Under the pieces are notes generated by a model. The model saw only the letters and a list, made by a program, of their open reading frames with translations, was not told the DNA's origin and made no database searches. Of a DNA stretch of 64,000 bases, positions 40,398 to 50,345 are shown one piece after another. Origin of the DNA: Candidatus Doudnabacteria bacterium (lineage in GTDB: Bacteria > Patescibacteriota > Doudnabacteria > UBA920 > O2-02-FULL-48-8); contig JACPFQ010000010.1 in assembly GCA_016182875.1 (NCBI GenBank), positions 1,268 to 65,267 of the forward strand. Direction: 5' to 3'. Made by a program: the position numbers and the translations under genes. How positions within the stretch are numbered: position 1 is the stretch's first letter; every line of letters begins with the position of its first letter.

Positions 40398-41007
40398 TTT
40401 CTAGAAGCTGATTTAAATCGCCGATTTCAAAAAACTGATGCTCGGTCCACTTAAGACTGGAATCATTGCTATTTATGTTATAAACCCGGGTTTTAAAATT
40501 TGCGCCCTCATCCTGTAAATGCTTTGCGGCATCCAGGAAAAACCGGCAATTTTCACGGCTGTTATCCGTATAAACTATTGTATCATAACCGGCAACAAGC
40601 TTCTTAACCAGAATGTCTTTAAGCATCGCTTCTGTTTTGATATTCGTGTTCCCGTAGTCAAAAGTGCTATGGACTTCTCTGATGTAATCGCGCGGGTCAA
40701 TGCCATACTTTCTTACGATCTGCTCAGCCCGCCAATCCATCTGTTCGGGGTTGCCAGTCGTGAATACCGCATTGTTTTTGGTCCAACCCAAAACTTCCTC
40801 GAAATGTTCGGCTAGATCAAGATCAAACAACCCCTTCCGGTACGGCCGTTCGTAAGCGTACTCATAATCTCTGGGGCTAATGGTCTTTAGATCGAATCCG
40901 AGCGACTCAATATAAGCGTCAAAGTTTGGGAAGCCGCTTTTTCGGCTGTCCCATCGCTCCAGAAACAAAGTGTCCGCCAAATCCCAAAGGTACAAAGTCT
41001 TACTCAT
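40369..41007 (-). CDS. HAD-like hydrolase
   Basis: LWDLADTL motif I, FTTG, YTDN. Confidence 0.6.
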   Translation of the reverse strand: MSKTLYLWDLADTLFLERWDSRKSGFPNFDAYIESLGFDLKTISPRDYEYAYERPYRKGLFDLDLAEHFEEVLGWTKNNAVFTTGNPEQMDWRAEQIVRKYGIDPRDYIREVHSTFDYGNTNIKTEAMLKDILVKKLVAGYDTIVYTDNSRENCRFFLDAAKHLQDEGANFKTRVYNINSNDSSLKWTEHQFFEIGDLNQLLENEIKESKTD

Positions 41008-41013
41008 TGCAAA

Positions 41014-42495
41014 TTATTTTATTTTCCTCACCCACCCATGATTGGCATTGACCTCGACTATGTCGCCGTCTTTCAAAACTTCGGTGGCGATCTTGGTGCC
41101 GATGATGCAGGGGATGCCCAGCTCGCGGCTGACAATCGCGGCGTGCGAAGTGATGCCTCCTTCGTTGGTGACGATTGCCGCGGCTTTCTTCATGGCCACC
41201 ACGTAATCCGGCCGGGTCATGACCGCCACCAAAATATCGCCGGCCCTGACTTTGCCCACTTCCGAAGAAGATTTAAGCACCTTCACCGGCCCAATGGCCT
41301 TGCCCGTGGATGCCGAAAGCCCGCGGAAGTCATCGACTTCTTCCTGTTTTCTGCGGCCGAACATGGCAGATTTAAGAGCCTCAACGTCGCGGCCGGTGAA
41401 AAATTTGGCATACTGCCTCGTGGCAATCACCGCCGAACCTTTCATGCGCTCCTGCAAAATTTTTCGGCTCGGATTTCCGGACTTAATAATGTCCGGTATT
41501 TCCGAGGGTCCGGCGTACTTTAATTCATCTAAAGTATAGTGTGCCTTTTTGGCGATGGCAGACAGAATTTGACAGCCCATGTGGATATTCAGATAGGTAG
41601 CGCGCTTGCGCTGGTCCTGCCATGCCGTAAAGTCATCGGAAATTTGCAGCAGGGTCCGCAAAAAAACCGAAAGCTTGTACTGCCTAAATAATTTTTGCTT
41701 CGCTATTTTATTTCTTGCCGGTGTTTCTTCAATCTGCCGCAGCTCTTCTGCCAAATTCTTTTTGCTTTGCTTCCAGGCTTTAATTTCCTGTTCAAACTCG
41801 GCAACGCTGAGCACGTGGGCGCGAATGTAATTATTACTGGTCCAGAAAAATTTCTTCTGATGATCTTTGAGCGAATCTTTGGACTTGCCCAAAATTATTT
41901 TAAGCAGGCTGATCTCAGCTTCACTTATGAAAGATTGTCTGGTGGGAGCGGAAGCGACGGCGAAAATCTTGGCCAAATCCGATGTTTTGAGATTTCTGCC
42001 ATATTTTGTTACTTCTTTTTTCAGCATGTCGGCCACCAGCTCATCCGTGCCCAAAGCAAAGTGGTCGATGATTGCCGAGGAAGTGAAGCGCTTGACTCCA
42101 GCGATATGATAGCGCTCCCAAGCTTGCGCCAAGGAGGCTTTGGATAACTTTTTCAAATCAGCCTTTTGCAGTTTCTTAAACAGTCTTTCAAAAATTTGTT
42201 CGTCCTTCTTCCATAGGCGCATAAGCTTGCGGGAAAAGTCGGGGTCTTTTTTGGCAAGCTTAAGAATTACGCGAACGCCGCGCTTTATATCTTTCTGGTC
42301 CAGGTACCAGTCAACTTTTCCCCGGTCAAAAAAGCAGACGCGCACATCCGCCTCGGTTCCAGCCGGCTTGCGGGGTTCTTTTTTCGGCTCTGCCTCCCAA
42401 ATAAACCCGATAAACATTGGTGAGCCATCAAACCGCTGATGGTACCATTCTCGGTTCTTCAATTGGCCTAAATTATAGCTTTTTAATAGTTTCAT
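41014..42495 (-). CDS. PEP-utilising mobile domain protein, module 2
   Basis: [22 protein letters not shown]. Confidence 0.85.
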   Translation of the reverse strand: MKLLKSYNLGQLKNREWYHQRFDGSPMFIGFIWEAEPKKEPRKPAGTEADVRVCFFDRGKVDWYLDQKDIKRGVRVILKLAKKDPDFSRKLMRLWKKDEQIFERLFKKLQKADLKKLSKASLAQAWERYHIAGVKRFTSSAIIDHFALGTDELVADMLKKEVTKYGRNLKTSDLAKIFAVASAPTRQSFISEAEISLLKIILGKSKDSLKDHQKKFFWTSNNYIRAHVLSVAEFEQEIKAWKQSKKNLAEELRQIEETPARNKIAKQKLFRQYKLSVFLRTLLQISDDFTAWQDQRKRATYLNIHMGCQILSAIAKKAHYTLDELKYAGPSEIPDIIKSGNPSRKILQERMKGSAVIATRQYAKFFTGRDVEALKSAMFGRRKQEEVDDFRGLSASTGKAIGPVKVLKSSSEVGKVRAGDILVAVMTRPDYVVAMKKAAAIVTNEGGITSHAAIVSRELGIPCIIGTKIATEVLKDGDIVEVNANHGWVRKIK

Positions 42496-43940
42496 TTCTT
42501 AGCTTTCGTTAATATTTTAACCATTCCTAAATTTGCATCAACTTCCACCAAGTCCCCAGTTTTTAGAACTTTCGTGGCGACCTTAGTCCCGATTATGCAG
42601 GGAATTCCAAGTTCCCGCGAGACAATCGCCGCATGCGATGTAATCCCACCCTCATCTGTAATAATAGCCGAGGCTTTATGCATAAACGGCACAAAGTCCG
42701 GCCGGGTCATGGTCGTGACCAGTATTCTGCCGTCGATAAATTTTTCCTTATGAGGATTGATGACGACGCAGACCTGGCCCTTGAAGCGGCGGACAGGTGC
42801 GGAGGCAACAAAGCCCCAAAACGACTGAACCTGCCTGGTGCGGAAGCGATCAAAAATTGCCTGGGCCTGCTTGCCAACATAAATTTTTTCGTCCAATCCT
42901 GTTTTTGTCAAACTCGTGACGATCACCGAAAACCTTCTGCGCTGTTTGGGAATTCTCGAATCCAGCTTAACTTTTTTTATTAATAAATTTACAGCTTCTT
43001 CTGGGGTATAATAATTAAGCAAGTCTTTGGGAACTTTTGTTCTTCTGATGATTTCATCCAAAAGGGAATCAACATAATAAATCATATGCAGAGCGCCGAA
43101 CTTTCTTTCGTCAATCCAGCGGCTCATGATTCGCAAAAGTTCAAATGTCTTGGCCATTCTTGGAGTCAAACTAAATTCTGCCAAAAGCTGAGTTTGATGC
43201 TTTTTTAGATTGAGGGCTTTACTTTGCAAGCCCCTTATCTCTCGTTGAACCTGTTCTCGATTTTTTGACTTCAATAATATTTTGGCCTGATTCTGGAAAT
43301 AGTTCTTATCCAATGCTTTGTGGCCAGTATAGTTGTTCTGCGACCAATGATATTTCTCGGCAAAGGCTTTGAAGTTTGGTTTTCTCTTGAGGCACTCTTG
43401 GAGAAACTCCAGCCTTTCCCGTTCAATAAATGAAAGCATGGGATATGTTGAAAGAATCAAACTGGCTTCCGCCGGAACGTTTTGATCCAGTAATTCTTGA
43501 TCAGAATAAATGTCAGCAGACTCGGGAATAATAGAATGAGTGAAATGGAGGACGGATAAATCATAAACCTCTCGATAGACAGCGGCCAATTTTCTATCAG
43601 AAAATTTTTTTCTTCCCGTGACCGCCCATTCTCCTCTCTGGATCAGCTGTTTCTGGACAGCTTTGTATTTTTTGTACCAAAGCAGAACTTTGCGCGGATT
43701 GCGCAGGTACAGATTTAGAATTTTATGGAACTGCCTGAGCTTTTCTTGCTCTGAAGTTTTTTCCAGAACTAGGTCACTTTTATAAAGAGCCAGGCAGATG
43801 CTCAAAAATTTCTGCTTGTAAACGTGGCTTTGCATGATGAAACATCGCCAAGCACAGATAGTCAACTGATAGTTGCTGGGCATGTCCTCACTCCACCAGG
43901 TGTCTTTTTTGATTTTCCCGATAATTTGTTCAAAGATCAT
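42492..43940 (-). CDS. PEP-utilising mobile domain protein, module 1
   Basis: [22 protein letters not shown]; start MIFEQ with ATGA overlap. Confidence 0.85.
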   Translation of the reverse strand: MIFEQIIGKIKKDTWWSEDMPSNYQLTICAWRCFIMQSHVYKQKFLSICLALYKSDLVLEKTSEQEKLRQFHKILNLYLRNPRKVLLWYKKYKAVQKQLIQRGEWAVTGRKKFSDRKLAAVYREVYDLSVLHFTHSIIPESADIYSDQELLDQNVPAEASLILSTYPMLSFIERERLEFLQECLKRKPNFKAFAEKYHWSQNNYTGHKALDKNYFQNQAKILLKSKNREQVQREIRGLQSKALNLKKHQTQLLAEFSLTPRMAKTFELLRIMSRWIDERKFGALHMIYYVDSLLDEIIRRTKVPKDLLNYYTPEEAVNLLIKKVKLDSRIPKQRRRFSVIVTSLTKTGLDEKIYVGKQAQAIFDRFRTRQVQSFWGFVASAPVRRFKGQVCVVINPHKEKFIDGRILVTTMTRPDFVPFMHKASAIITDEGGITSHAAIVSRELGIPCIIGTKVATKVLKTGDLVEVDANLGMVKILTKAKK

Positions 43941-44872
43941 AACGTAGTGATTGGCCGAGATTGAGTGATGTAAAATTTGCCGCGAACAAAAGCCCATTCT
44001 ATGTCTTGAGGTTTTTTGTAGTGTTTCTCAATGCCTTTGCAAATTTTTGCCAGCTCCACGATTTGCTTGCCGGTTAGCTTCTGCCTTCCGCCGGCTTTGG
44101 CTGATAATTTTTTGTGCAAGTTTTTATTTCCTGCCCGCACGATCATCATGCTTTGCTCCGAGACATTTATATCCAGAATCGAAAGGTCGTCTTTGTGGAC
44201 CACGTAAGTATCCGGGGTTACTGAACCGGAAACTATGGCTTCGCCCAAACCAAACCCGGCCTCAATCACCATTTGATTGCGGTCTTTAGTGACCGGGTGC
44301 ACGGTGAAGCAAATGCCGGAAATTTCCGACTGGATCATGGCCTGCACGACCACGGCGACGGAAACCGGCTTTTTATGCAGTTTCTTTTCGAAGCGATAGA
44401 AAATCGCGCGCGGCGTGAACAGCGAGCTCCAGCACTTTTGCACGTTTTTCAAAAGGTCTTTTTCGGTCGTGTTCAAATACGTTTCAAGCTGGCCGGCCCA
44501 AGCGGCGGTCGAGCTATCTTCGGCCGTGGCCGAGGAGCGGACAGCTACAAACTTGCTCTTAAGCCGCCGAAAGTGACTTTTAACCTCTTCGGCCACATCT
44601 TTGGGCATTTTAGCTTTCTCAATCAACCCTCGAATATCTTCCGATGCTTCCTCGACCGAATTTATATCCTTATGGTTGACCTTCTTCAAAGCCGCCTCGA
44701 CTTCGGCGTCCAAATCCGTCTCCTCCAGGAACTGGTCAAATGCGGAGGCAACAACCACAAAACCCGGCGGAACCGTAATACCCGCCTGAGTCATTTCCCC
44801 AAGCGAAGCGCCTTTGCCCCCGGCGATTGACACATCTTTTTTTGATAGTTGCCTGAATATTTTGACGAACAT
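43937..44872 (-). CDS. Stand-alone PEP synthase/PPDK N-terminal ATP-grasp domain
   Basis: [46 protein letters not shown]-stop. Confidence 0.93.
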   Translation of the reverse strand: MFVKIFRQLSKKDVSIAGGKGASLGEMTQAGITVPPGFVVVASAFDQFLEETDLDAEVEAALKKVNHKDINSVEEASEDIRGLIEKAKMPKDVAEEVKSHFRRLKSKFVAVRSSATAEDSSTAAWAGQLETYLNTTEKDLLKNVQKCWSSLFTPRAIFYRFEKKLHKKPVSVAVVVQAMIQSEISGICFTVHPVTKDRNQMVIEAGFGLGEAIVSGSVTPDTYVVHKDDLSILDINVSEQSMMIVRAGNKNLHKKLSAKAGGRQKLTGKQIVELAKICKGIEKHYKKPQDIEWAFVRGKFYITQSRPITTL

Positions 44873-45004
44873 TGCTATACGTTCAGTATAGCATTTTCCG
44901 TAGTATTTGTTTGCGCTTCTTCGTTGACTTTTGTGAGCCCGATAATTGAAACTGCCAAAGTAAAGCCGCTATGACGATAAGCCAAGGACCTAGTTTATAT
45001 TGGT

Positions 45005-45427
45005 TCAAATCTTGAAAAATTCGCGGGCCTGAAGCTCATCATCTTTCATCTGGTCTATAAGCGCTTCTTTGGTTTCGAACTTCTGGTTATCGCGTATCTT
45101 TTTGATAATCTCGACTTCCAGTTCACAGCCATAAATCTCCTGGCTAAAATCAAGGATATGAACCTCGACCAAGGTTTTGGTTTCGTCGAAGGTTTCCGCC
45201 TTGCCTATAAAAATCAGCGCAGGGAGGCCAGTGTTTTTGAAAAGCTTGGCATGCGGCAGCAGCTTGCGCAAAAACAGCGGCGGGAGTTTGCCGCCGGTGA
45301 TATTTTTTACTAACCCAAGATAGATGCCCTCTGGTAACTCTATTTTGGCATCCAAATTCGCCGTTGGGTAGCTAAGTCGCTTACCACGGCCGAGGTGTTT
45401 GATGACTTTACCTGAAATACTTGTCAT
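45005..45427 (-). CDS. Stand-alone riboflavin kinase domain
   Basis: GRGKRLSYPTANL, GIY, VEVHILDF..EIYG, IRD..KF. Confidence 0.88.
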   Translation of the reverse strand: MTSISGKVIKHLGRGKRLSYPTANLDAKIELPEGIYLGLVKNITGGKLPPLFLRKLLPHAKLFKNTGLPALIFIGKAETFDETKTLVEVHILDFSQEIYGCELEVEIIKKIRDNQKFETKEALIDQMKDDELQAREFFKI

Positions 45428-45428
45428 G

Positions 45429-45824
45429 TTATTTGCTGTTCGAACGAAGCTGAGAACTTTTATAAATACTCGGCCTAAAAGCCTTCAGCCGAACCACTTT
45501 CGCGATTTTTTTGAGCTGATTCATGCTCACATAAGGCATCTGGTCATAACCAAGCGCAATTACATCCGGCTTCTCTTTACGAATATGCGGCCAGGGATTT
45601 TTTAGTCCACCCAAAACCACTTTATCTATAAACGGTAATTTTTTAAGCGCGGCGGTTCTTGTTTTTTCGCTCTGTGAAGTTTTATGCCTCTTAACCTTTC
45701 TAACGTTTGCGTCTCTGGCAACCGAAACCACCAGATAGTCACCAAGCTTTTTCGCCTGCTTCAAAAAATCTACATGCCCCGGGTGCAGTAAATCAAATAC
45801 TCCAAAGACCATGACTTTTTTCAT
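45429..45824 (-). CDS. Cytidylyltransferase-family protein, RibL-like FAD synthetase
   Basis: GVFDLLHPGH, VARD, PDVIALGYDQ, YKSS. Confidence 0.8.
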   Translation of the reverse strand: MKKVMVFGVFDLLHPGHVDFLKQAKKLGDYLVVSVARDANVRKVKRHKTSQSEKTRTAALKKLPFIDKVVLGGLKNPWPHIRKEKPDVIALGYDQMPYVSMNQLKKIAKVVRLKAFRPSIYKSSQLRSNSK

Positions 45825-46627
45825 ATCAGTTTTTTAAAACCGAGCAGTCTTTGCAGATGATGATAATTATCAAAGGTCGATAATCCCTTCAGAAAGAATT
45901 TAAAAAAGTTTCCGAAGGGGACATAAAGCCTGACCTTGAAATTTTCTTTGACTAATCGCTCGGCTTGCTTATCTCTCACGCCGCGAAAAAATTGGAGCTC
46001 GGCATGCTTCAAATTTCTATCCCTAATAATCTTTTTGGCTTTTTCAACCAGTATTAAATCATGCGTGGCAATGCAGGGGCGGTCGCTTTGTTCCAACAAA
46101 ATTTCCATCAATCGTGAATAGTTTTCCGTTACTCTCGACCAGTCTTTAAAGTCACTGGGTTTATAAAAACCCTTCACCAATCTCATCGCTACGCGTCTCT
46201 GAAGCAGGTACTTCATGTCCGCCTCGGTTCGGTCTAGGTAGGCTTGGAGGCAAATTCCTATATTTTTATGTTTGTCATAAATATCATCAAATATCTCAAT
46301 AGTGGCTTCAACAGTTATCTTACGCTCCATATCTAGCCATACAAAGTTGCCGAGCCTCTCGGCCTCTTCGACTATGGAACGAATGGCTTGCTTGGCCCAA
46401 GCCATGGTCTTGTATACACCAAACTGGTGAAGCTTCAGCGTTACATCCGAATTTAGGTTTTCCTTTTGGATTTTATTCAGAACTTGGAAGTAGATTTGTC
46501 TGTTCCGTTCAACTTCTTGTTCTGTAGTTGAAATAACAGGCAGGTAAGACAAACTGACTGCTATTCCTTTTCTGTTAATCTTTCCTGAAACTTCTGCGGC
46601 CTTATCAAGATTAGTAAGAATCTTCAT
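45821..46627 (-). CDS. Proline dehydrogenase family flavoprotein
   Basis: LDME, CLQAYL.RT, RLVKG, ATHD, RLYVPFG. Confidence 0.82.
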   Translation of the reverse strand: MKILTNLDKAAEVSGKINRKGIAVSLSYLPVISTTEQEVERNRQIYFQVLNKIQKENLNSDVTLKLHQFGVYKTMAWAKQAIRSIVEEAERLGNFVWLDMERKITVEATIEIFDDIYDKHKNIGICLQAYLDRTEADMKYLLQRRVAMRLVKGFYKPSDFKDWSRVTENYSRLMEILLEQSDRPCIATHDLILVEKAKKIIRDRNLKHAELQFFRGVRDKQAERLVKENFKVRLYVPFGNFFKFFLKGLSTFDNYHHLQRLLGFKKLI

Positions 46628-46707
46628 ATTTTGGTCGCCTGCTTCAAAAAATCTACATGCCCTGGGTGCAGCAAATCAAACACGCCAAAGACCATGACTT
46701 TTTTCAT
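46624..46707 (-). pseudogene. Duplicated 5' end of the RibL-like gene (27-aa ORF)
   Basis: 46635-46707 matches 45752-45824 at 69/73 nt. Confidence 0.85.
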
Positions 46708-47804
46708 AAGGCCTTTCTTATAGCTGCAATTACCCGGCCATTTGTCCTTTTGTCTTTGACAGCAATCCTGATAAATCTGTCTTTTAACCGGTTGTCTGCA
46801 GCAAATGTTCGTATGAAGATATCCTGCTTCATAAGTTTCCGCGACAATTCTTTTGCGCCCATTTTACTCCCGGATAATTCTATCAGCACAAAATTTGCAA
46901 CTGAATCGTACGGTTTAAGTCCTTTAATCTGCGATAAGTTTTTAATTAGCTGGTTTCGCAATCTTCGAGTTTCCTGATACTTTTTTTGATAATAGTTTCT
47001 ATCTTTTAGGGCTTCAACGCCGGCGATTTGACCTATTAGTCCTACAGAAAAAGGCGGAATGAAACTTGCAACCCGGTCAGCAAGCTTGCTAGCAGCAACA
47101 AGATAACCCACCCTGACACCGCTTAAAGCATAGGCTTTAGACATTGACTTTATAATGACTAAATTCTCATGGCGTTTAACTTCCGATTCAAGCGACAGGT
47201 TGGAATCAACGTAATCGATATAGGTTTCATCTACTACCACCAAGGTATCCTCCGAAATAGACTTTAGTAACTTCAAAAATTTATTGCGCGGAATGTATTG
47301 GCCGGTCGGACTGTTGGGATTGACCAAAACCAACAACCGAGGCTTCTGTTTTTTAACCTCATTTATAAGTTGATTTATATCAACTTTGAAATCATTTTGT
47401 TTATGAAGATTGAATTTAATAATTCGAGAACGGGTAATGTACTTGAAGATATGCTCATATTCACCGTACATGGGATCGAGTACCATGACCCTGTCAGCCT
47501 TGCCAGCCATTCGAGGGAAAAAGGCAAACATCAAATCAGAAGAACCTCCTGAGACAAGAATATTCTCTTTCGGTATTTTTCTATATTTAGAAATAGTTTC
47601 GACCAAACCCTCGGAATGCGTAGGGCCAGAAGTCTTGATGTTAAACCTGAGATACTGTCTTATTTTATCGACAACTCTGGGTGAGGGATCAAACCACGCA
47701 TCTAACACGTCGGCGCTGATAACTTTTTTAGAGCGTTCATAAGTAGAAAAGTTTGGGCCTATGGCATTGAAAAATGCACCGCCGTGATAAGCATGCCTTC
47801 TCAT
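46704..47804 (-). CDS. Class I/II PLP-dependent aminotransferase (HisC/CobD-like)
   Basis: NPNSPTG, VDETY, SMSKAYALSGVRVG. Confidence 0.88.
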   Translation of the reverse strand: MRRHAYHGGAFFNAIGPNFSTYERSKKVISADVLDAWFDPSPRVVDKIRQYLRFNIKTSGPTHSEGLVETISKYRKIPKENILVSGGSSDLMFAFFPRMAGKADRVMVLDPMYGEYEHIFKYITRSRIIKFNLHKQNDFKVDINQLINEVKKQKPRLLVLVNPNSPTGQYIPRNKFLKLLKSISEDTLVVVDETYIDYVDSNLSLESEVKRHENLVIIKSMSKAYALSGVRVGYLVAASKLADRVASFIPPFSVGLIGQIAGVEALKDRNYYQKKYQETRRLRNQLIKNLSQIKGLKPYDSVANFVLIELSGSKMGAKELSRKLMKQDIFIRTFAADNRLKDRFIRIAVKDKRTNGRVIAAIRKAL

Positions 47805-47807
47805 ATA

Positions 47808-48611
47808 TTAATCAACTTTATTTAATTCAAGGCAATAGCCTGGATAATATAGCCCAATTTCTTCTTTTTTGATATTTGATAAATCCACCCGTCCCCTTGG
47901 GCCATCTGAATAAACTCTGAACCCTTTGGCTAAAGCAATATTATACTCAGTCAAGCCATCATAAACGTTTATATTTTCTTCGTACACGCCTGCCGCCTTA
48001 TTGCAGGCAAACATAACTATACTGCTGACATCTTCACCAAAAGTTTCGATCTGAGCGAAACACAAGCCTTTATTTTTCAACTTAATCAATAATTCTTCAG
48101 AGATGTTTTTCTCGGGGTTGCCCACCCAATAAACAATAGTTCTCTGTGCTTCAGTTGGCAATGAGAAAGTTGGCGTTTCACCCAAAATAGAATAATTATT
48201 ATTCACTATTTTGAGAGTCCAATTTAACTTGGGATATCGAACAAACCTATAAAGAAAATTTTTGCCATCGTGAAGTGAGATGATCTGACTAAAGTATTTT
48301 CCATTTTTCGCGTAAATTGCCGTGCCATCAATCGGGTCTATCGCCAAGTAATACCTTCCTTGTTCGTTAAACTTACTTGCAAGAGGTGTTTTTTCTTCCG
48401 CCATTAGCCGACAATTTACTAAGTCAGTTTTACTCATCGCTTCCAATAGTAGTTCTTGAACTGCCAGATCAGCTTCAGTGACAATATCTTTTACAGGATT
48501 GCCACTATTGAACTTATTGTGATGCTTAACACCCTTCTGCATTTTGCAGGCTAGTTCTCCAGCCTGCATAAAAACAGGTTCAAGTTTTTCTAATGTCGCT
48601 ATTAAATCCAT
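47808..48611 (-). CDS. Inositol monophosphatase/FIG-superfamily protein
   Basis: VTEAD, AEE, IDPIDGT. Confidence 0.8.
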   Translation of the reverse strand: MDLIATLEKLEPVFMQAGELACKMQKGVKHHNKFNSGNPVKDIVTEADLAVQELLLEAMSKTDLVNCRLMAEEKTPLASKFNEQGRYYLAIDPIDGTAIYAKNGKYFSQIISLHDGKNFLYRFVRYPKLNWTLKIVNNNYSILGETPTFSLPTEAQRTIVYWVGNPEKNISEELLIKLKNKGLCFAQIETFGEDVSSIVMFACNKAAGVYEENINVYDGLTEYNIALAKGFRVYSDGPRGRVDLSNIKKEEIGLYYPGYCLELNKVD

Positions 48612-48617
48612 AAGAGA

Positions 48618-48857
48618 CTAAACCAAATGTTTTCTGGCAAATGCGAAGCCTGAACCTTGTTTTAAATACCTTTCGAAAGCATTTGCTTTCTGTTTATCAA
48701 CAAAAGCACAGTACCAAACTAAAGCGTAAGGCCGTTTTTGAGAAGTAAACTTTTGCCCGCCTTCGTTATGTTTCTGAAGTTGTTTCTCGACGTCAGTAGT
48801 ATAACCAGTATAATAGCTTCGATCTTTTTGACTTTGGATTATATAAACGTAATACAT
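48618..48857 (-). CDS. Small GIY-YIG nuclease-family protein
   Basis: YYVYII...YYTGYT...HN.G...FERYLK. Confidence 0.88.
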   Translation of the reverse strand: MYYVYIIQSQKDRSYYTGYTTDVEKQLQKHNEGGQKFTSQKRPYALVWYCAFVDKQKANAFERYLKQGSGFAFARKHLV

Positions 48858-48870
48858 GGCTTTGTAAAGT

Positions 48871-48941
48871 ACTGCTTCGCCTTCTGCTTCGTTAAAACTT
48901 CGCAGGACACTGCTTGCACTGCGAAGCCTTGGCGAAGCAGT
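48871..48941. repeat. Palindromic element between tRNA-Pro and the GIY-YIG gene
   Basis: ACTGCTTCGCC...GGCGAAGCAGT terminal inverted repeat. Confidence 0.65.
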
Positions 48942-49014
48942 GGTCGGGGTATCCGGAATCGAACCGGAACTACATGCACCCCATGCACGCGGGCTACCAC
49001 TACCCCATACCCCG
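48941..49014 (-). tRNA. tRNA-Pro(GGG)
   Basis: Cloverleaf CGGGGTA/TACCCCG, anticodon GGG, TTCGATT, encoded CCA. Confidence 0.93.
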
Positions 49015-49191
49015 ATTAGTGGCTCACTAAGTATAAAAAATTTTAAAGAATAAAAAAAGGGCCCGAGGGAAGCGCAACGGCGCTTCCCTGGGCGGGTGAG
49101 GGCTTCGCGGCCCTCGGAAAAACCTTAGCCACTAAGGACCAAACGCTAGAGTCATCCAGCGCACTTACTGCTTCGCGGCAGTTCAGTGCGC

Positions 49192-49482
49192 TTACGGGCG
49201 GTTCAGGTCCTCGAGCTGGGCCCGATCGCGGGCGATCAGGCGCTCGAGCCGCCGAAGTCTGCGGGCACCTTCGCCCCAGGGTGCGATCGGGGCGTACTCT
49301 TCTCGCAGGAGTGCAAGTGCCTTGATGCGTTGTTCGATCGCACTCCCGAGGCGCCATCGAAGCCGTTCGATGGGGCTCCGTGGCCCGCGGGTGTGGGACT
49401 GGTCGTCCTCCTGACTCAAGGATTCCATACTCCTCCTCGAGTGCGAAGGTTCGCTGGGACCGCTGGTCGGCGTCATGGTCAT
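49192..49482 (-). CDS. Small hypothetical protein
   Basis: GGAGGAG SD; downstream hairpin and T-run at about 49051-49095. Confidence 0.5.
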   Translation of the reverse strand: MTMTPTSGPSEPSHSRRSMESLSQEDDQSHTRGPRSPIERLRWRLGSAIEQRIKALALLREEYAPIAPWGEGARRLRRLERLIARDRAQLEDLNRP

Positions 49483-49653
49483 AGGCTCCTCCGTAACGAT
49501 GCTGCTTACTGATTGATGGGAAGTTCTGAGTCTTGCTTCAAAATCTTTTTGTGATTCTCAAGCAAATCCGGAACTTTTGGTATTTACTTCGACGCTGCGG
49601 AACGTCAGACGTTCCTGCGGTCGGAGTTGAAACTTTAGCTCGGCAAAAGTTTC

Positions 49654-49851
49654 AAAAAAACCGACTCTTTGGTCGGTTGAGAGGTCCTCGTGAGCTTATT
49701 GCTCTTGTACTTGCTCTAAACCGACCCATTGGCTGGACTTGGCAATGTAAACCAAGCCCCAAATGGTTGGGGTTGCGACCCTGGAAATAAGATTTGCGTA
49801 ATTACTGTTCATAACTAATGATAGTCTAAAGCAGGTAAAAATAAGTGTCAA
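49654..49851 (-). promoter_or_regulatory. Attenuator-like leader C
   Basis: TTGACA-17-TAGACT; leader ORF 49812-49696; terminator AACCGAC...GTCGGTT plus T-run. Confidence 0.6.
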
Positions 49852-49901
49852 TCAAAGCAATTGAGGATAAAAAAAGTGGGGGTCGAAAACAGGCTCGACC
49901 C

Positions 49902-50117
49902 CTACGCGCCCTTAAAGTGTCCAAGCTCTTCGACGCGGCGATTGTACTCCTGCTGGAAGAGTGTGAACGCCCTGGCAGTCAGAACTTTCCTCCCGTCATG
50001 GCTGAAACGAAATACTTCGGGGAACTGCGGAGCCGACATGACGACCCGGAGACCGTCGGGCGTGAGCTGAGGGCGATTTTCATTTGATCGCTCGATGAAC
50101 AGAATGTTGTCCATCAT
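49902..50117 (-). CDS. Small hypothetical protein
   Basis: AGGAGG SD; hairpin and T-run follow the stop. Confidence 0.55.
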   Translation of the reverse strand: MMDNILFIERSNENRPQLTPDGLRVVMSAPQFPEVFRFSHDGRKVLTARAFTLFQQEYNRRVEELGHFKGA

Positions 50118-50130
50118 CTTCCTCCTAACG

Positions 50131-50303
50131 AAAAGCGCCGACCTTGTGGGTCGGGCTTGGGTTGAGATGTCTTAGAATTGCGGACTTTTACCTATGACCA
50201 AAGCCGACCCTGTGTGTAATGGCCAACAACAAACCCAGAAGGTTTATCGCCGGTCGGCTGTTCATAGTAAAGCCATTCTAGCACCGGCAAAAAGCTAGGT
50301 CAA
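50131..50303 (-). promoter_or_regulatory. Attenuator-like leader B
   Basis: TTGACC-17-TAGAAT; leader ORF 50265-50188; four alternating CCGACC/GGTCGG segments. Confidence 0.6.
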
Positions 50304-50345
50304 GGCAAAAAAAGAAGGGCCGGAACGGGTCGACCCTCGAAAGAT

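Noticed and set aside
43937-44872. Calling this ppsA/ppdK, or a frameshifted pseudogene of it
   Set aside because: It ends cleanly at the domain boundary, is coupled to the next gene, and no pyruvate-binding barrel is encoded in the window.
45752-46707. 73-bp repeat as a DGR template/variable pair
   Set aside because: Differences are synonymous third-position changes in both directions, and there is no reverse transcriptase.
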